64,000 bases of DNA, from NCBI RefSeq assembly GCF_006345805.1, contig NC_043012.1, forward strand, positions 16,120,001-16,184,000. Direction: 5' to 3'. The notes under the pieces are model-generated. The model made no database searches and was not told the origin of the DNA. It saw only the letters and a list, made by a program, of their open reading frames with translations. Below, in pieces: positions 40,682-53,378 of the stretch (positions within the stretch are counted from its first letter, which is position 1; each line of letters opens with the position of its first letter). The position numbers were made by a program, and so were the translations under genes. The DNA is from Octopus sinensis (Eukaryota).

Positions 40682-41843
40682 GATAGTATTATTGATGTAT
40701 ATGACACGATATCTTGTAATCGATAGTAAACTTACCTTCTCATTCTTCTGTTCATTGATCTACCCAAATTGTATCCTGTTCAATATCCTCTCACTCTCAT
40801 ATTTTATACTTCTTGCGTTGCTTACCGAAATCTGAGAGTATTTACAATAAATGTATTTTAATATTTGTCGAACAATTGATCATATGTATTATTACATTTC
40901 ACCACCGTTATCTATTTATTTGTTTTCTACCAGTAGATCATAGACTAGTCTATTTTATGTAATCGGATATTGTAACAAATTGATAGTAGTAGTATGGGTT
41001 TAAAATTTTAATAAGTTTAATACATTTATAGTGGCGCTGAGCTGAAGCACTAATCGCAAATTTGAAATTCTAGAATTTTATATACTTATATAACGTAGTG
41101 AATTTTATAACCAACGCTGTAAACATAGACATTGATAAAGGGAATTGGTAATCAGAAGAATCATTAGATAATTGAATTCCATTTCAGGTCTGGAACCTAT
41201 TCCACTTGACATCACCTATAAAATATTTAGGTCTTTTTCCGAGCTGCTATATATCATTTTAGCATGTGTTAAATTAATTTTGCAGACATTCTACAGAAAA
41301 CAAATGCATGTAATTTGCTCATCTGTATCAGCAAACTGTACAGACCCTCATTAAACGCCGCATGGTTGCTCTCGTACAGAGTGGTTGATATGCTTAAAAC
41401 GCATTGAATCATATCGCTGAATATATCAAATTATATTACGTTTGAATATTTCCATAAAATTTGCAAAGATTATTTTACAAGTTAACTCTTGTTAGAGTAA
41501 AACAAAGCTCATTCAGATTCCAAACTAAAAAGATAGTGAAATGTATACAACTCAGCAAATCACGCCGCATATACGTTATGACGTATACTTTCACTTTATT
41601 ACAACCGTTATAATAGTCGCTAAGTTTGAAGTTTGACCATATTTTTATTGATTAACTAATAATGCCTAGCTAACATAGATAACAAATGTAAAGATAACGT
41701 ATGTATGGATGTTTGTGTATGCCTTTGTATGTTCGAATGTATGTATGTATGAACGCATGTATGCATATATGTACTATGTATGTATTAACGCATGTATGCA
41801 TATATGTACTATGTATGTATACTTGTGTGTGTTTGTGTGTGTA

Positions 41844-41919
<76 letters not shown>

Positions 41920-42023
41920 AGTAAATATAAGGTCTTAGCTTCATCTTCGTTTGGTTCTTAATTAATATTTAACGGTCATGAATTTGATACAATAAATATA
42001 AATATATATATACAATAAATGTG

Positions 42024-42063
<40 letters not shown>

Positions 42064-42150
42064 CAGGGAAAAATTGTAATAATGCAGAATGCTAGATTGA
42101 AAGAAAATTTTAATGAAATGAGAAATTGAAAAAATATATAAATATATATT

Positions 42151-42192
42151 TATTCAAACCGGTTTTCGTCATAGTGTGACTTATCAAGAATA
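42151..42192 (-). ncRNA. Minimal type-I hammerhead motif with U3-A8 core
   Basis: UAUUC-UUGAUAA-GUCA(CACUA)UGAC-GAAA-A(CCGG)UU-U-GAAUA. All three stems pair. Confidence 0.65.
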
Positions 42193-42760
42193 GTTATGTA
42201 ACAAAAGTTTTTTTTTAAATGAGAAAGGGGAAAAAAGTTGCATTGTTTTTTGCAAAAGAATAATAATAAATATGTACAAAAATTAAAAAAATAAGTACTC
42301 TGATACATTGTGAGTTCGTTGTGTATCTTGAGTTTAATGATTGTTCACGAAAAAGTTACCTTGAGGTATTAGGATCCTATGGGATTAAGACCATGTGTTG
42401 TTTGGTTTAATTAAGGATGTTGGCAAAAACAGGAAGTAGTAGTAATTGTGGTTCTTCAGTTCCTGTGTTGGGAATAAGGGGAGACAACTCTTTTGTGTTC
42501 TTCAATTTTTGTTTCACAAAATCCCCTGTAATCAAGGCTGCTAATAAACCCCAAATTATAAAATTATCATTTTAGCTTCATTTGTATTATCTTTTTAATA
42601 TAATTGTTTGTTAACTTAACTTTCAGATTTTAACACTTTATTTATATTATTTTCTAATTATATAAATTTGCATAGACCAATTTATAATTACATTTCAGAT
42701 TGTTATATCATATATAATAAAAATGATGGTAATAACAACAATAGTAAAAACAAAAATAGT

Positions 42761-43078
42761 AAAAACTTCTCCTGTTCCTCCGAGAACCTTATCTACGTTC
42801 TCACATGCGCTGGTTGCCAACATAATTATGTTGGACAAACGAGTCTCCCGTTACGTAAACGAGTAGCGGTGCATAAAGAACAAATAAATCTCCGGGAATA
42901 CTGACAAATTCCACTGAGTGACCACGTAGACTCATGCGCTAAAGACTTAAACCCCAAATTCTATATATTCCCCTTCTACCAATGTAAAGACGGGATCACC
43001 ACACAGGAGAGAATTAACAAGGAGAATCTCTTTATTGAAAAATTCCAAACACAACTTAATATACAAACTCCTCGTTGA
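42761..43078 (+). pseudogene. Penelope-type GIY-YIG endonuclease, C-terminal end of ORF (one internal stop)
   Basis: FSCSSENLIYVLTCAGCQHNYVGQTSLPLRKRVAVH..*..LSDH..ERINKENLFIEKFQTQLN. Confidence 0.9.
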
Positions 43079-43530
43079 TCAAACTTCCCTTTTCTACCTC
43101 ATTCTTCATGGATGGACTCACACAAATATATAAGGATACCATAGATTCATCACTTCAAGCTAAAACTTATATTCTTTAAATATCATTTTTACTATTGTTG
43201 TTATTACCATCATTTTTATTATATATGATATAACAATCTGAAATGTAATTATAAATTGGTCTATGCAAATTTATATAATAAGAAAATAATATAAATAAAG
43301 TGTTAAAATCTGAAAGTTAAGTTAACAAACAATTATATTAAAAAGATAATACAAATGAAGCTAAAATGATAATTTTATAATTTGGGGTTTATTAGCAGCC
43401 TTGATTACAGGGGATTTTGTGAAACAAAAATTGAAGAACTCAAAAGAGTTGTCTCCCCTTATTCACACACATACATGTATGTATGTATGTATGCATGTAT
43501 GTATGTATGTATGTATGTATATATGTATGC

Positions 43531-43585
<55 letters not shown>

Positions 43586-43839
43586 TATATATATATGTAT
43601 ACGATATGTACATATATTCGAAACATCGATGTCTTGGATGGTGACACTGAACAAACCGGGCGTTTTCACACCTTTTTACCGTAAGAGATATATTTTCTCC
43701 ATGGTAACTGCAGTGTATTTGCCTTTTAGCTGTTAAAGTGTGTCACAAACATATTTTAAATAACCTAAACTTTACGTGTATGTGTGTGTATGTCTGTGTG
43801 TGAGTGTGTGTGTATGTCTATGTGTGTCTCCATATATTT

Positions 43840-43902
43840 TAATAACTGATGAGATGCCGGAGCAGACTTCAGCCCCTGCATCCGAAACTCTGCGTTTTAT
43901 TA
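43840..43902 (+). ncRNA. Type-I hammerhead ribozyme motif with intact catalytic core
   Basis: UAAUAA-CUGAUGA-GAUGC..GCAUC-C-GAAAC(UCUGC)GU-U-UUAUUA. 6-bp stem I. Related copies at 48648 and 49637. Confidence 0.7.
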
Positions 43903-43928
43903 TTACAACCAACTAATTATGGTCACAC

Positions 43929-44017
<89 letters not shown>

Positions 44018-44022
<5 letters not shown>

Positions 44023-44691
44023 AGGGGAATTCATAATATATATGCTTATTATTGTCACTGCCTTCTGCGCATGTGTCCTTATTGTACTATTGTGGTCATG
44101 TGATGAAGTTTGAGCCTGATCGCGCTATTTTTCTTTCCGGCTTCTGCGGAAAAGCGATGCTAATCTTTTTGGGGGACTCAAAAAGGCCCATCCTGGAAGA
44201 CCCCCTGTTGGAGAGGTTTATGATCAACAGTGCGAAATACAGTGGTTTTCTGGCCAACAAACTGAAGGTAGCGATTCGCACGAAACACCGAAGCCTATTA
44301 TCGAAGAACATTTTTTGTTGCTGCATGGCAATGCACACCCACACACGGCCGCCGGGACTGTTGAAACCATTAAGTAATTGGGTTTTTAAGTGCTGAAACT
44401 ACCTGCCTAGCACCTAGATATCGCCCCTTTCGACTATCATATATTTGAACCGCTCAAATATGGTCTACGAGGCTGAAGATGTGAAATAAGAGGTGCATAA
44501 ATGATTGCACGACCAACCGAAAACCTTCTTCTTGGAAGGAATACGCAAACGCATGGCTCGCTGGACTAAGTTCATTGAAAAGGAAGGAGACTACATGGAA
44601 AAATGACGTACTTGTTACTTGTTTATCCCCTGCTTTTGAGTAAATGCATTGAAAAAAGAACAGTGCGTATAATTTTTGACTCACCTTCGTA
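44018..44691 (+). pseudogene. Internally deleted mariner element
   Basis: LLHGNAHPHTA (cf. HDNARPH) and LDIAPFDYHIFEPLK (cf. SPDLAPSDYHLF). Right TIR-like ATAATTTTTGACTCACCTTCG followed by TA. Confidence 0.85.
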
Positions 44692-44799
44692 TATATATAC
44701 ATATATGCGTGTGTGTGTGTATGTGTGTGTGTGTGTATGTATTATGTATAATGTGTATGTATATGCATATGTATGTATATATATATATTTTTTTTTTTG

Positions 44800-45022
44800 T
44801 TTTTTTTTGTACTTGTTTCAGTCATTTGACTGCGGCCATGCTGGAGCACCGCCTTTAGAGTGGTGAAAGAGTACAGCAGGGATCACCACCTCCTGCCGGA
44901 GCCCCGTGGAGCTTTTAGGTGTTTTCGCTCAATAAACACACACAACGCACGGTCTGGGAATCGAAACCGCGATCCTCCGACCGCAAGTCCGCTGCCCTAA
45001 CCACTAGGCCATTGCGCCTCCA
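44800..45022 (-). mobile_element. Chimeric SINE: family B head fused to family D tail
   Basis: 45022-44860 is the B head; 44858-44800 is the D 3' end, same strand. Confidence 0.8.
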
Positions 45023-45034
45023 CATATATATATA

Positions 45035-45870
45035 TACCGGAGTAAACACATGATTGTGAAACAAGGTGGAAAAAGGAGTACTCAAATACCAGTGTTAGAG
45101 TCAATAATATCGAATTGTGTAAAACTGCAATTATTCTTATAGCTAATACATTTAAACCACTCTATGACTGAATTACTATTCTTCCAAATTCTCAAGTCTA
45201 CTTCACTATCTAACTTAGTTAAAATACGGTCCAAAATATTTTTGCTAATAATGCTTATCTCAGTTTTAGCCGGATTTATCAATCTACATTTGGGGTTTCT
45301 ATTAAAATTGGCTTTATGGTCTTTTAGTGTAATAAAATCTGGTCGTGGGGAAAGATATTCAATCCTATCACTAATCTTAAGATTGTTAGCTATTCCTCTA
45401 GCTTCTAAATTCACCTCTTTGTATATATTTGTGTTATCTTTTTTGTATGTATCTGTGACACTACTCGAAATCAGGCGCTTATAAACGTCCTTATCAAGTG
45501 CATATAAGTTCCTTGTCTTATCAGAATTAACGAAGATCTTATTCGAGTTGTTAATCTCCTTAATTTTTTCTTTCATATTTCTCTGTAATTGGTTGCTATA
45601 TTTGCGGAATTTAATTTTCCTAATAAGTTCGGAAAGGTCTTTCTCGAAGGCTTCTAATTCCGGAATAGGTGGTGGATTTAAGGTGGTGGATTTAAATCTG
45701 GGAGATTTAAGGTCCAATCAAACAAGTCCATTTTTTTAAGGTGTAGCGTTTGTAATAGTCTGGATAGAATTGACATATCGGTTCCATTCTAGCAAAAACT
45801 GTCCGATGAACGGCAACGGGAAACTCAGAGTAACAGGTTTTGTTGAATTTTCTGCTGCTTTAAATAAAGT

Positions 45871-45872
<2 letters not shown>
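45035..45872 (-). mobile_element. Penelope-like element fragment (N-terminal part of RT ORF 45082-45717) with oppositely oriented pLTR piece
   Basis: IFVNSDKTRNLY, ITLKDHKANF..PKCRLINPAK, FTQFDI are typical of PLE RT N-terminal regions. Hammerhead-like motif at 45799-45836 on +. (TA)n on both sides. Confidence 0.82.
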
Positions 45873-45924
<52 letters not shown>

Positions 45925-45989
45925 ATATATATGTAAGTATATGTATGTGTATGTATATGTATATGTATATGCATATGTATATGCATATG

Positions 45990-46021
<32 letters not shown>

Positions 46022-47138
46022 ATATTGCATAACTACCGCTCTCGAAATATACACAATATTTTTTGAATCTATAAAGTTGAAAAAGCTTCCGAATTCTTTA
46101 GCAATAATAGAACCCTAATCAGTTTGAGATCCATAGAATTATGATAGAGATTTATTGAAGTATAGATGTTCTTTCCCCAAAATGAGAACTTGATGCTTTA
46201 ACAAATTAGAGGAATATTGAATATTTCGATGAAGTTATTCGAGTGAATGAAACTCAGCAGGAGAGTGAATGGAATATTATTTAGATCATTCATTCTTTTA
46301 TTTTCATGAAGCAAGAAATATATTGTGAGATGTTTTTTTCAAAAATAAGCGATTCAAATTCTAAGAATTCGATTAAATATTTTTAATTAGCTGTTAACAG
46401 TTGAATAAATCTGAAGTGTCGCTAACATTTTTTAAACAGAGAGCATTAAATTCTAACTAGAAAGTATTAAGTGTTGTTAGAAAAGGAATGTTAATAAAAT
46501 AACTAATAATATTTTGATAGCTAATATATTTATGCACAAGAAAGTTTGTTTATAGACAGTCGAAGATAAAGTGAAGTCGTTGAACTCCAGGTTCTAAAGG
46601 GAAAGTGTTTAAAACTGTAAGTTAAACGATTAAAATTGTCACAGAAATTTTAAAATTTATTAGATTATCCAGTGATCATTCCTAGAAGAAATGTTAAAAT
46701 CAATGAACCGTATTTGGACCTGTTAGTTTATGAGCGTGCAGCGATTTCAATGGCTTTAGTAACTATAGCTCAAATTTTGTCATGGGGACTTTACCAAACT
46801 TAATGCCGTGTGTGTACGTATCGCAGGATAATTTTTTTCCAAACCTAAAAAAATGCAGAGAAAATAGATAGAATACTTTTGTTTGACCATAGTCATAAGG
46901 GCGTCCGGTCACGCTTCCATTCCCTCATCAGAGTCACTGGAAAAGGTGAAGAAATATCCTTAGTTACCAAACGCTATTATTTCGGCGCTTTGCTACAAGG
47001 AGAAAGCCGTCAAACCGAAATGCTGGCCGTGTAATATTCATACTCGTTCTGTCATTGCTTGTCCCCTCTATGTTTAACTCCTTGTGAGCAATCAAGAATT
47101 AAATATAGTGATACTATAGTGATACAATATTGATTACA

Positions 47139-47435
47139 TACTATACCCTCGGGCCGACCAAAGCCTTGTGAGTATATTTGGTAGACGGAAACTGGAAGAT
47201 GTTTGTCCTATATGTATATATTTATGCGTGTGTTTCTGTGTTTCTTCCACCCCGCCATCGTTTGACAACCAATGCTGGTGTGTTTATATCCCCGTAACTT
47301 AGCATTTCAGATAGAATAAGTACTAGGCCTACAAAGAATTATGGAGTCGATTTCTCCGACTTACACCCTTTAAGGTGATGCTCCAGCATAGCCGCAGTGA
47401 AACGACGGAAACAACTAAAAAGAATAAAAAGAATA
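47139..47435 (+). mobile_element. SINE family D, 5' truncated
   Basis: Aligns with 19050-19365. Confidence 0.8.
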
Positions 47436-47568
47436 TATGTGTGTAACCACACACACATATATATATATATATTTGTATACATACATATATACATAAAACA
47501 ATGCGAACGCATTGTGACCAGCGATGTGTAATAACATCTGATGATCTGGTCGGTCACGTGATCACGTG

Positions 47569-47609
<41 letters not shown>

Positions 47610-48402
47610 TGTGTGTGCGCGTGTATATTTGTGTGTGCACGTGTGTGTACACTGAGCTGGAGCTTGAGCACGAGGAAAATGAATAAATGGACACAGTGTC
47701 TGATGTATGTTAAGTTAATAAAAATTTCATATTTTATAAAGAAAATACTACGACAAAAGCCGTTTCATTGGAACAGATATTCCTTGCAATTCTACATAAC
47801 AGGTGTTGCCAAATATTGATTCAGTTTAAAGAGTCATTTAATCAGTTGAGAATAGCCATAAGAAAGTTAAAAGGAAAGAGAAACATCTATTGTCGGATAT
47901 TACAGGCCGTTTATCACTATATCAAGAGGTAGCAGATGATTTACATGGACATAAATGACTTAATTTTCTCTTTAGATGAACGTTGGCTTCATTATCGCAT
48001 GTACAAAGAATACATGTGTTACACTGCGACACACAAGTATACATTCGCTGTCTCTTGTTCAGAGATATTGGATAGAGAGACAAAAGAAATAAATGAAAAA
48101 AAAAAATGTTCAGAAACACAAGCATTGTCATTGACGGTAGCAAAATGTTGCAGAATGAAATTTGATAGAGGAAGAGAATTGGAAATCGGGAATGAGAAAG
48201 GAAAGGGAAAAATAAAATTAATTTCTGGGAAGTTGAGGATATCAATGTCAACTAAATGAACATGCTATATGTCGAGCTGGAGAATAACGAGTTACTGGTG
48301 ACGACATCTGATGTGATACGAGAAATTTAACAATTCGTATGCCAAACATTTTGTGCAAGATCATACAGTTTACGCAAAACGTGTAATTACGCCCCCATAC
48401 AT

Positions 48403-48446
<44 letters not shown>

Positions 48447-48464
48447 CATACATACATATATATA

Positions 48465-48544
<80 letters not shown>

Positions 48545-48547
<3 letters not shown>

Positions 48548-48706
48548 TAAAAACGGTAAGATAACAAAAGAAAGAAAGAGACCTCAATATTATGTAAATA
48601 GAGGAAATTTATCTATAAAATAATATGTTACGTTACTCAATAGTCAAGATAAAACTGAGTTTCAGATGCCGAAGTGGAAATCCACAACACCATCTCTTCG
48701 GTTATC
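48545..48706 (-). mobile_element. pLTR-like element next to (TA)n, hammerhead-like motif at 48648-48706
   Basis: Homologous to 49530-49695. Minus strand: GAUAA-CCGAAGA-GAUG..CAUC-U-GAAAC(UCA)GU-U-UUAUC. Confidence 0.65.
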
Positions 48707-48708
48707 TG

Positions 48709-48832
48709 AATGTTGGGGGCGGGGACAAACATAGACACACAAACTTATACACACGCATACATACATATACATATATACGACGGGCTTCTTTCAGTTTCCG
48801 TCTACCAAATCCACTTACAAGGCTTCGGTCGG
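48709..48832 (-). mobile_element. SINE family D internal fragment
   Basis: ACGACGGGCTTCTTTCAGTTTCCGTCTACCAAATCCAC. Confidence 0.8.
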
Positions 48833-49471
48833 AACTTATGCTAATAATATTCACATAAGTTTTAATTAACATCAATATTATCAATAAAAAAGTCCATTGC
48901 CCTTATATTACTCTTGTGTATATCATTCGTTGTCACTTGCTTAAACGAACAAGATACTGAGTAGTTAATTATTACTTGATCAGATATCCTGTGGCAGATT
49001 AGTCTTTAGATAATTACGTCAGGTTAAAATTAGCAAGTATCTTGATGGGTTACAATCAATTATTCACGAATTTCTTAAAGCGATCAATGTTATTGTAAAC
49101 AGAATTTCTTTTAAAAAAAGTTTTAAAAAAGGCGAATAAAACAAAATGAAATAAATGAAATTATATAAAATATCAAGAATCATGCTTAGTTTGCTATCAG
49201 ATAACCAAAGCGAGTAGACTGTATGAATATGATACAGTAGCATATTCAACACACGAAGTGATAACGAACAAGGTTTATCTAAGGAAATTATTTGGGATGT
49301 ATAACTTAACATCGAAAACAACGGAATTCGTTGAAATGTAGTGCAACTTGTCACATTGATACGAACGTATTTCACGAGCTCAAGATGTGCCTAAGTATGC
49401 TCTTATACAAGCATATTACTTTGTAATTCTTGCATATATTCAACACACACAGAGAGACTCTCCCCATGTTC

Positions 49472-49529
<58 letters not shown>

Positions 49530-49530
<1 letters not shown>

Positions 49531-49860
49531 TAATAGTAATGGTATGACAACAAAAGAATGAATTAGACCTCGATATTATGTAAATAGAAGAATTTATCTG
49601 TAAAGTAATATGTGACAATTATTCGGTTGCCATAATATAATTCCGAGTTTCGGATGTCGGGGGTGGAAATCTGCTCCGGCATCTCGTCAGTTATCAAGGC
49701 AATCAAAAATACTATGAAAATGACCGTTAAACAAAGGGAAATTACTATGTGATTGACCGTTATTAAGACAAAAGAACTATTAGAAAGACCGTTAAATAAG
49801 GGGGAAAAACCGAAGGGGAGAAAGTAAAAAACTAAAAAAGTAAAAATGCCCATAGAAATC
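49530..49860 (-). mobile_element. pLTR-like element next to (TA)n, hammerhead-like motif at 49637-49695
   Basis: Minus strand: GAUAA-CUGACGA-GAUGCCGG..GACAUC-C-GAAAC; cleavage-site region decayed. Confidence 0.65.
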
Positions 49861-49939
49861 GCGTATGCGCGCATGTACATACTTACACATGCGCGCACGC
49901 ACACACACACGTACATGTATGTACCTATATGGATATGTT

Positions 49940-50165
49940 CAGTCACGCTCGAGGAGGGACGGATTCGGTCAGCAGAGCAGAAACGCCAGATGCGGAAAGC
50001 CAGAGCCGCCTGCACCAGTAGCACGGCCCCTACCCACTTCTGCCCCACCTGTGGGAGGGGCTTCCTTGCCCGGATTGGCCTCACCAGCCACCTCCGGTCT
50101 CATGGCGGCAGTTCCACCAGATTATGTCAGTGGTCATCTTCGAACCCGAAGGTTGAACATTATTA
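49940..50165 (+). mobile_element. RTE (BovB-like) LINE extreme 3' end
   Basis: AEQKRQMRKAR..CPTCGRGFLARIGLTSHLRSH is the characteristic RTE C-terminal zinc finger, followed by a short 3' UTR and (ATT)n. Confidence 0.85.
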
Positions 50166-50194
50166 TGCATTTATGTAACGAAAAAATGAAGTAA

Positions 50195-50448
50195 GGTTCC
50201 TTCCCCAGTCATATAGACACACAGGGCCGGTTTCCCGGTTTCCATTACGTACATATTCCCCACCTGGACGGGAGATCAGCCTGTCGCAGAATTACTCATT
50301 TTTGCCAGGTGAGTAGACTGGATTAACGTGAAAAGAAGTGTTTTGCTCAAGAACACAACATACCGCCCGATTCAGGAAGAGAAAACCACAGTCTTACTAT
50401 CATAAATACAACACCCTAACCACTAAACAACTAAACCACGCACCTTCA
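50195..50448 (-). mobile_element. Diverged SINE family C
   Basis: Aligns with 6361-6616. Confidence 0.8.
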
Positions 50449-51079
50449 CTATATAATAAAACATGGCAAATATATCAGCATAGGACAGACAGAAACCAAG
50501 AAAACAAAATTTTATCTCAGTAACAACAAACGGATGGTTTTGCATACATGCCTACTCAGCCGTGATGCACTCACAGAAATATATTTTAATTAGCTATATA
50601 GCTAAACCCATTCGTAAACAACCTCTCACAAAACAACCCTTACCATATTAGAAACTTACACGTAATAGAAACGAAACTATGCGACATCACCAGTTCATCA
50701 AGTTATAACCAAGTTCAAAACACACAAACCGAACCGAATTTGTAAGAGATATAAACACAAAACTGGATAAAAAAAAAGTTAGCTGAACAACCAATAAAAA
50801 GGCGAGAAAAACAGCAGCAATAAATAAATACGAATGCAAGACAAATGAACACGAGCACCTGACCGAACAGACTCAGACACCAAAAGACATAAATACACCA
50901 CTAATACCGCGTTGTAACTGTTTTCTGTGAAGATCACCGTGGCATAAAGCCTGAATCGCGAGACAAACATTCAGATTAAATACATCTCTCTCTCTCTCTC
51001 CCTCTCTCCCCCTCTCTCTCGTTCTCTGTCTGTATATACATATATACACAAATACATATATATATGTATATATGTATAT

Positions 51080-51136
<57 letters not shown>

Positions 51137-51529
51137 ATATATATATATTATTATATATATATAATAGATATATAGATAGCGCTTACGCAACATTTCTAGA
51201 TTACACAAACACACACACAACACACACACACACACACACACACAACACACACACACACACACACACACATATTTATATGTACATACTTCATATTTTTCTA
51301 TCTTCCGTTTTAGTCCATTTTTTTCCATGCTTGCCATTCTTGGCACTAAATATTATTCCTTTTACGAGGTAAAGAATAACGCATTCACACGCAATAACGA
51401 ATGTATGTGTATACGCCTGCATAGATATAGACATATAAATAAACATGGATACGTGTGATTGTATGTGTGTGTGTGCGTGTGTGTGTATGTGTGTTAGTAT
51501 GTGTGTGTTTGTGTGTGTGTCCGCATGAG

Positions 51530-51768
51530 GTTGATGGAAATACCAAGCTTAAAATGCTGCTGGGCTCGATTCGTTCGACTAAAACCCTTCAAAGTTGTGC
51601 CCCAGTATTGCCGCTATCTAACTGCTACAAGTAAATGATAAAAGGTTATAAAGGCGTGGCTGTGTAATAATAAGTTTGCTTACTAATCACATGGTTCTGC
51701 GTTCAATCTCACTGCATGGCACCTTCGGCAGATGTCTTCTACATTAGCCTCGTGCCTTGTGAGTGGAT
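51530..51768 (+). mobile_element. Old SINE D-like pieces (a 3' part followed by a 5' part)
   Basis: GATTCGTTCGACTAAAACCCTTCAAAG..; then GGCGTGGCTGTG..CATGGCACCTTCGGCAGATGTCTTCTAC. Confidence 0.65.
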
Positions 51769-51772
51769 ATAT

Positions 51773-52080
51773 ACTCGATTTCTGGGTATTGACCTGTCAT
51801 CGGCGTGTGACAATCACACGCCGATTGTCACACACCGATGACGGGTCAATACCCAGAAACTCGAGTCCGTGTGTATCATAAGTTGAAGACGGGAAGGATG
51901 GTTTCCCTTTGCAAATACTGATAGGGCACAGAAAGTGTGTCTATAGCCAGCTGGAGAAGGTGTCCTCCTGGGGCTACAAACTACAGTAGCATCCATCCAT
52001 AGAAGTTAACCGTATTTAAATGGCAAATATACGTCACAATGTGTTGTAGCTACTGTTTATAACTCATTCTGAGATTTATT
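51773..52080 (+). mobile_element. pLTR-like element starting with a ~44-bp hairpin; hammerhead-like motif at 51829-51873
   Basis: Arms 51773-51815 and 51823-51866. CCGAUGA-C-GGGU(CAAU)ACCC-A-GAAAC(UCGA)GUC. Ends at (TA)n. Confidence 0.65.
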
Positions 52081-52974
52081 ATATATATATAATATGTGAA
52101 TGTATGTATATGTATGTACAGCATATATATATATAATACACAGACGCACGTACACGTACGCTCGCAAGACACCATGTGACCAGTGATTTTATAAGATATA
52201 TGATAATAATCATAAAAATCCTTTCATTAATCCTCAACTATCTTCGTGATGATATGCATAGTAATAGGGGCGATTTTTCTTTGAGACAATTTGTTTATAT
52301 TTTATATCATAATATTCATAGGTCATAGTCAAAATGATATCACTATTATCTAGTCTAAGAGAAGCTAAAAAGTCTTTACATTACGAAAGAAAATGAGGAA
52401 TGAAAACTATAAAAGAAAAAGAAAGCTAATGAGAAAGAGCGAATGAAGGAATTAAGAAAGAATCGAATTTGCATTGTACGGTCAATTAAAAACTTACGAC
52501 TCTATGAAAGCATTACCACTTACATCCATTGGCTCTGTTGTTCCCCCGAGGTTATTACAAATACATTATTTAACTGGTGCAATTGTCTTAAAAAATAATC
52601 ACTATAAGTTGGTGATTTCGATTGGTTTTCCAAACAACTGCGTCTAGAGAAAACAGAAAACAGTTTCTATTTCATTAACTTATCGGTTTCCGTGATTTAT
52701 ACATACTTTTCAATACTTAGTCACGTATATAGATTACAATCAACAATTTTTTTCCAATTTCGTACCTTCACGATCAGTAGAAGAAATGATGACAAGGTTA
52801 ATAACTGAATATTTATAATTTTGATTACATTTATAAAATATTGTTTTACATTTCTTCACATTAATAACATATATAATTCTCGGATTATTATGTAAATTTC
52901 CAATGCCTAGGAATTTAGTTATCAGAATATATATTTCTTAAAATTATTTAAATGCCGTCAATATTATGCTACTA

Positions 52975-53378
52975 TGCCTCTGTCGAACCAATTCTACTAT
53001 ATGGCTCAGAAACCTGGCAGTTGGATGGAACTTACACTCGCCTCCTTATGAGAGCTCAAAATCTCTCGTGGAAGCGTCATCCAACGAAAATGCAAATATA
53101 TGGGAAACTACCACCTGTATCATCTCTTGTGAAACATAGAAGAGTCCAGTTTGCTGGACATTGTTGTAGAGCTGAAAACGAGGCAATATCTACTCTTCAC
53201 CTCTTGAAGCCATCTGCTCGCGATACCAGAGGGCGCACACTCGCCTACTCTGATGTAATCTCCAGGGATACAGGCATCCAGCAACAGGACCTCCGTAATG
53301 ATATGATGGACCGTGAGGTCTGGCGTAACATAGTAAATTCCATTGTCTCGACCACGGTCGAACAATGATGATGATGAT
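52975..53378 (+). mobile_element. RTE-clade LINE 3' end
   Basis: VEPILLYGSETW, RRVQFAGHC, MMDREVWR motifs; (TGA)n tail. Confidence 0.9.

Larger units (their letters stand above)
42061..43464. mobile_element. 5'-truncated Penelope-like retroelement with inverted pseudo-LTR
   Basis: 279-bp inverted repeats (42472-42750 / 43186-43464, ~2 mismatches) enclose a GIY-YIG coding segment. (TA)n at the left edge; hammerhead motif at 42151. Confidence 0.9.

Noticed and set aside
46925-46931. CTGATGA on the minus strand
   Set aside because: No GAAA or closing stems at a suitable distance.
47495-47570. CTGATGA plus the palindrome TCACGTGATCACGTGA (double E-box)
   Set aside because: No hammerhead topology; looks like a repeat terminus, and regulatory function cannot be supported.
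50041-50103. Host C2H2 zinc-finger gene
   Set aside because: A single finger with the ARIGLxSH signature and a LINE tail is the RTE C-terminus.
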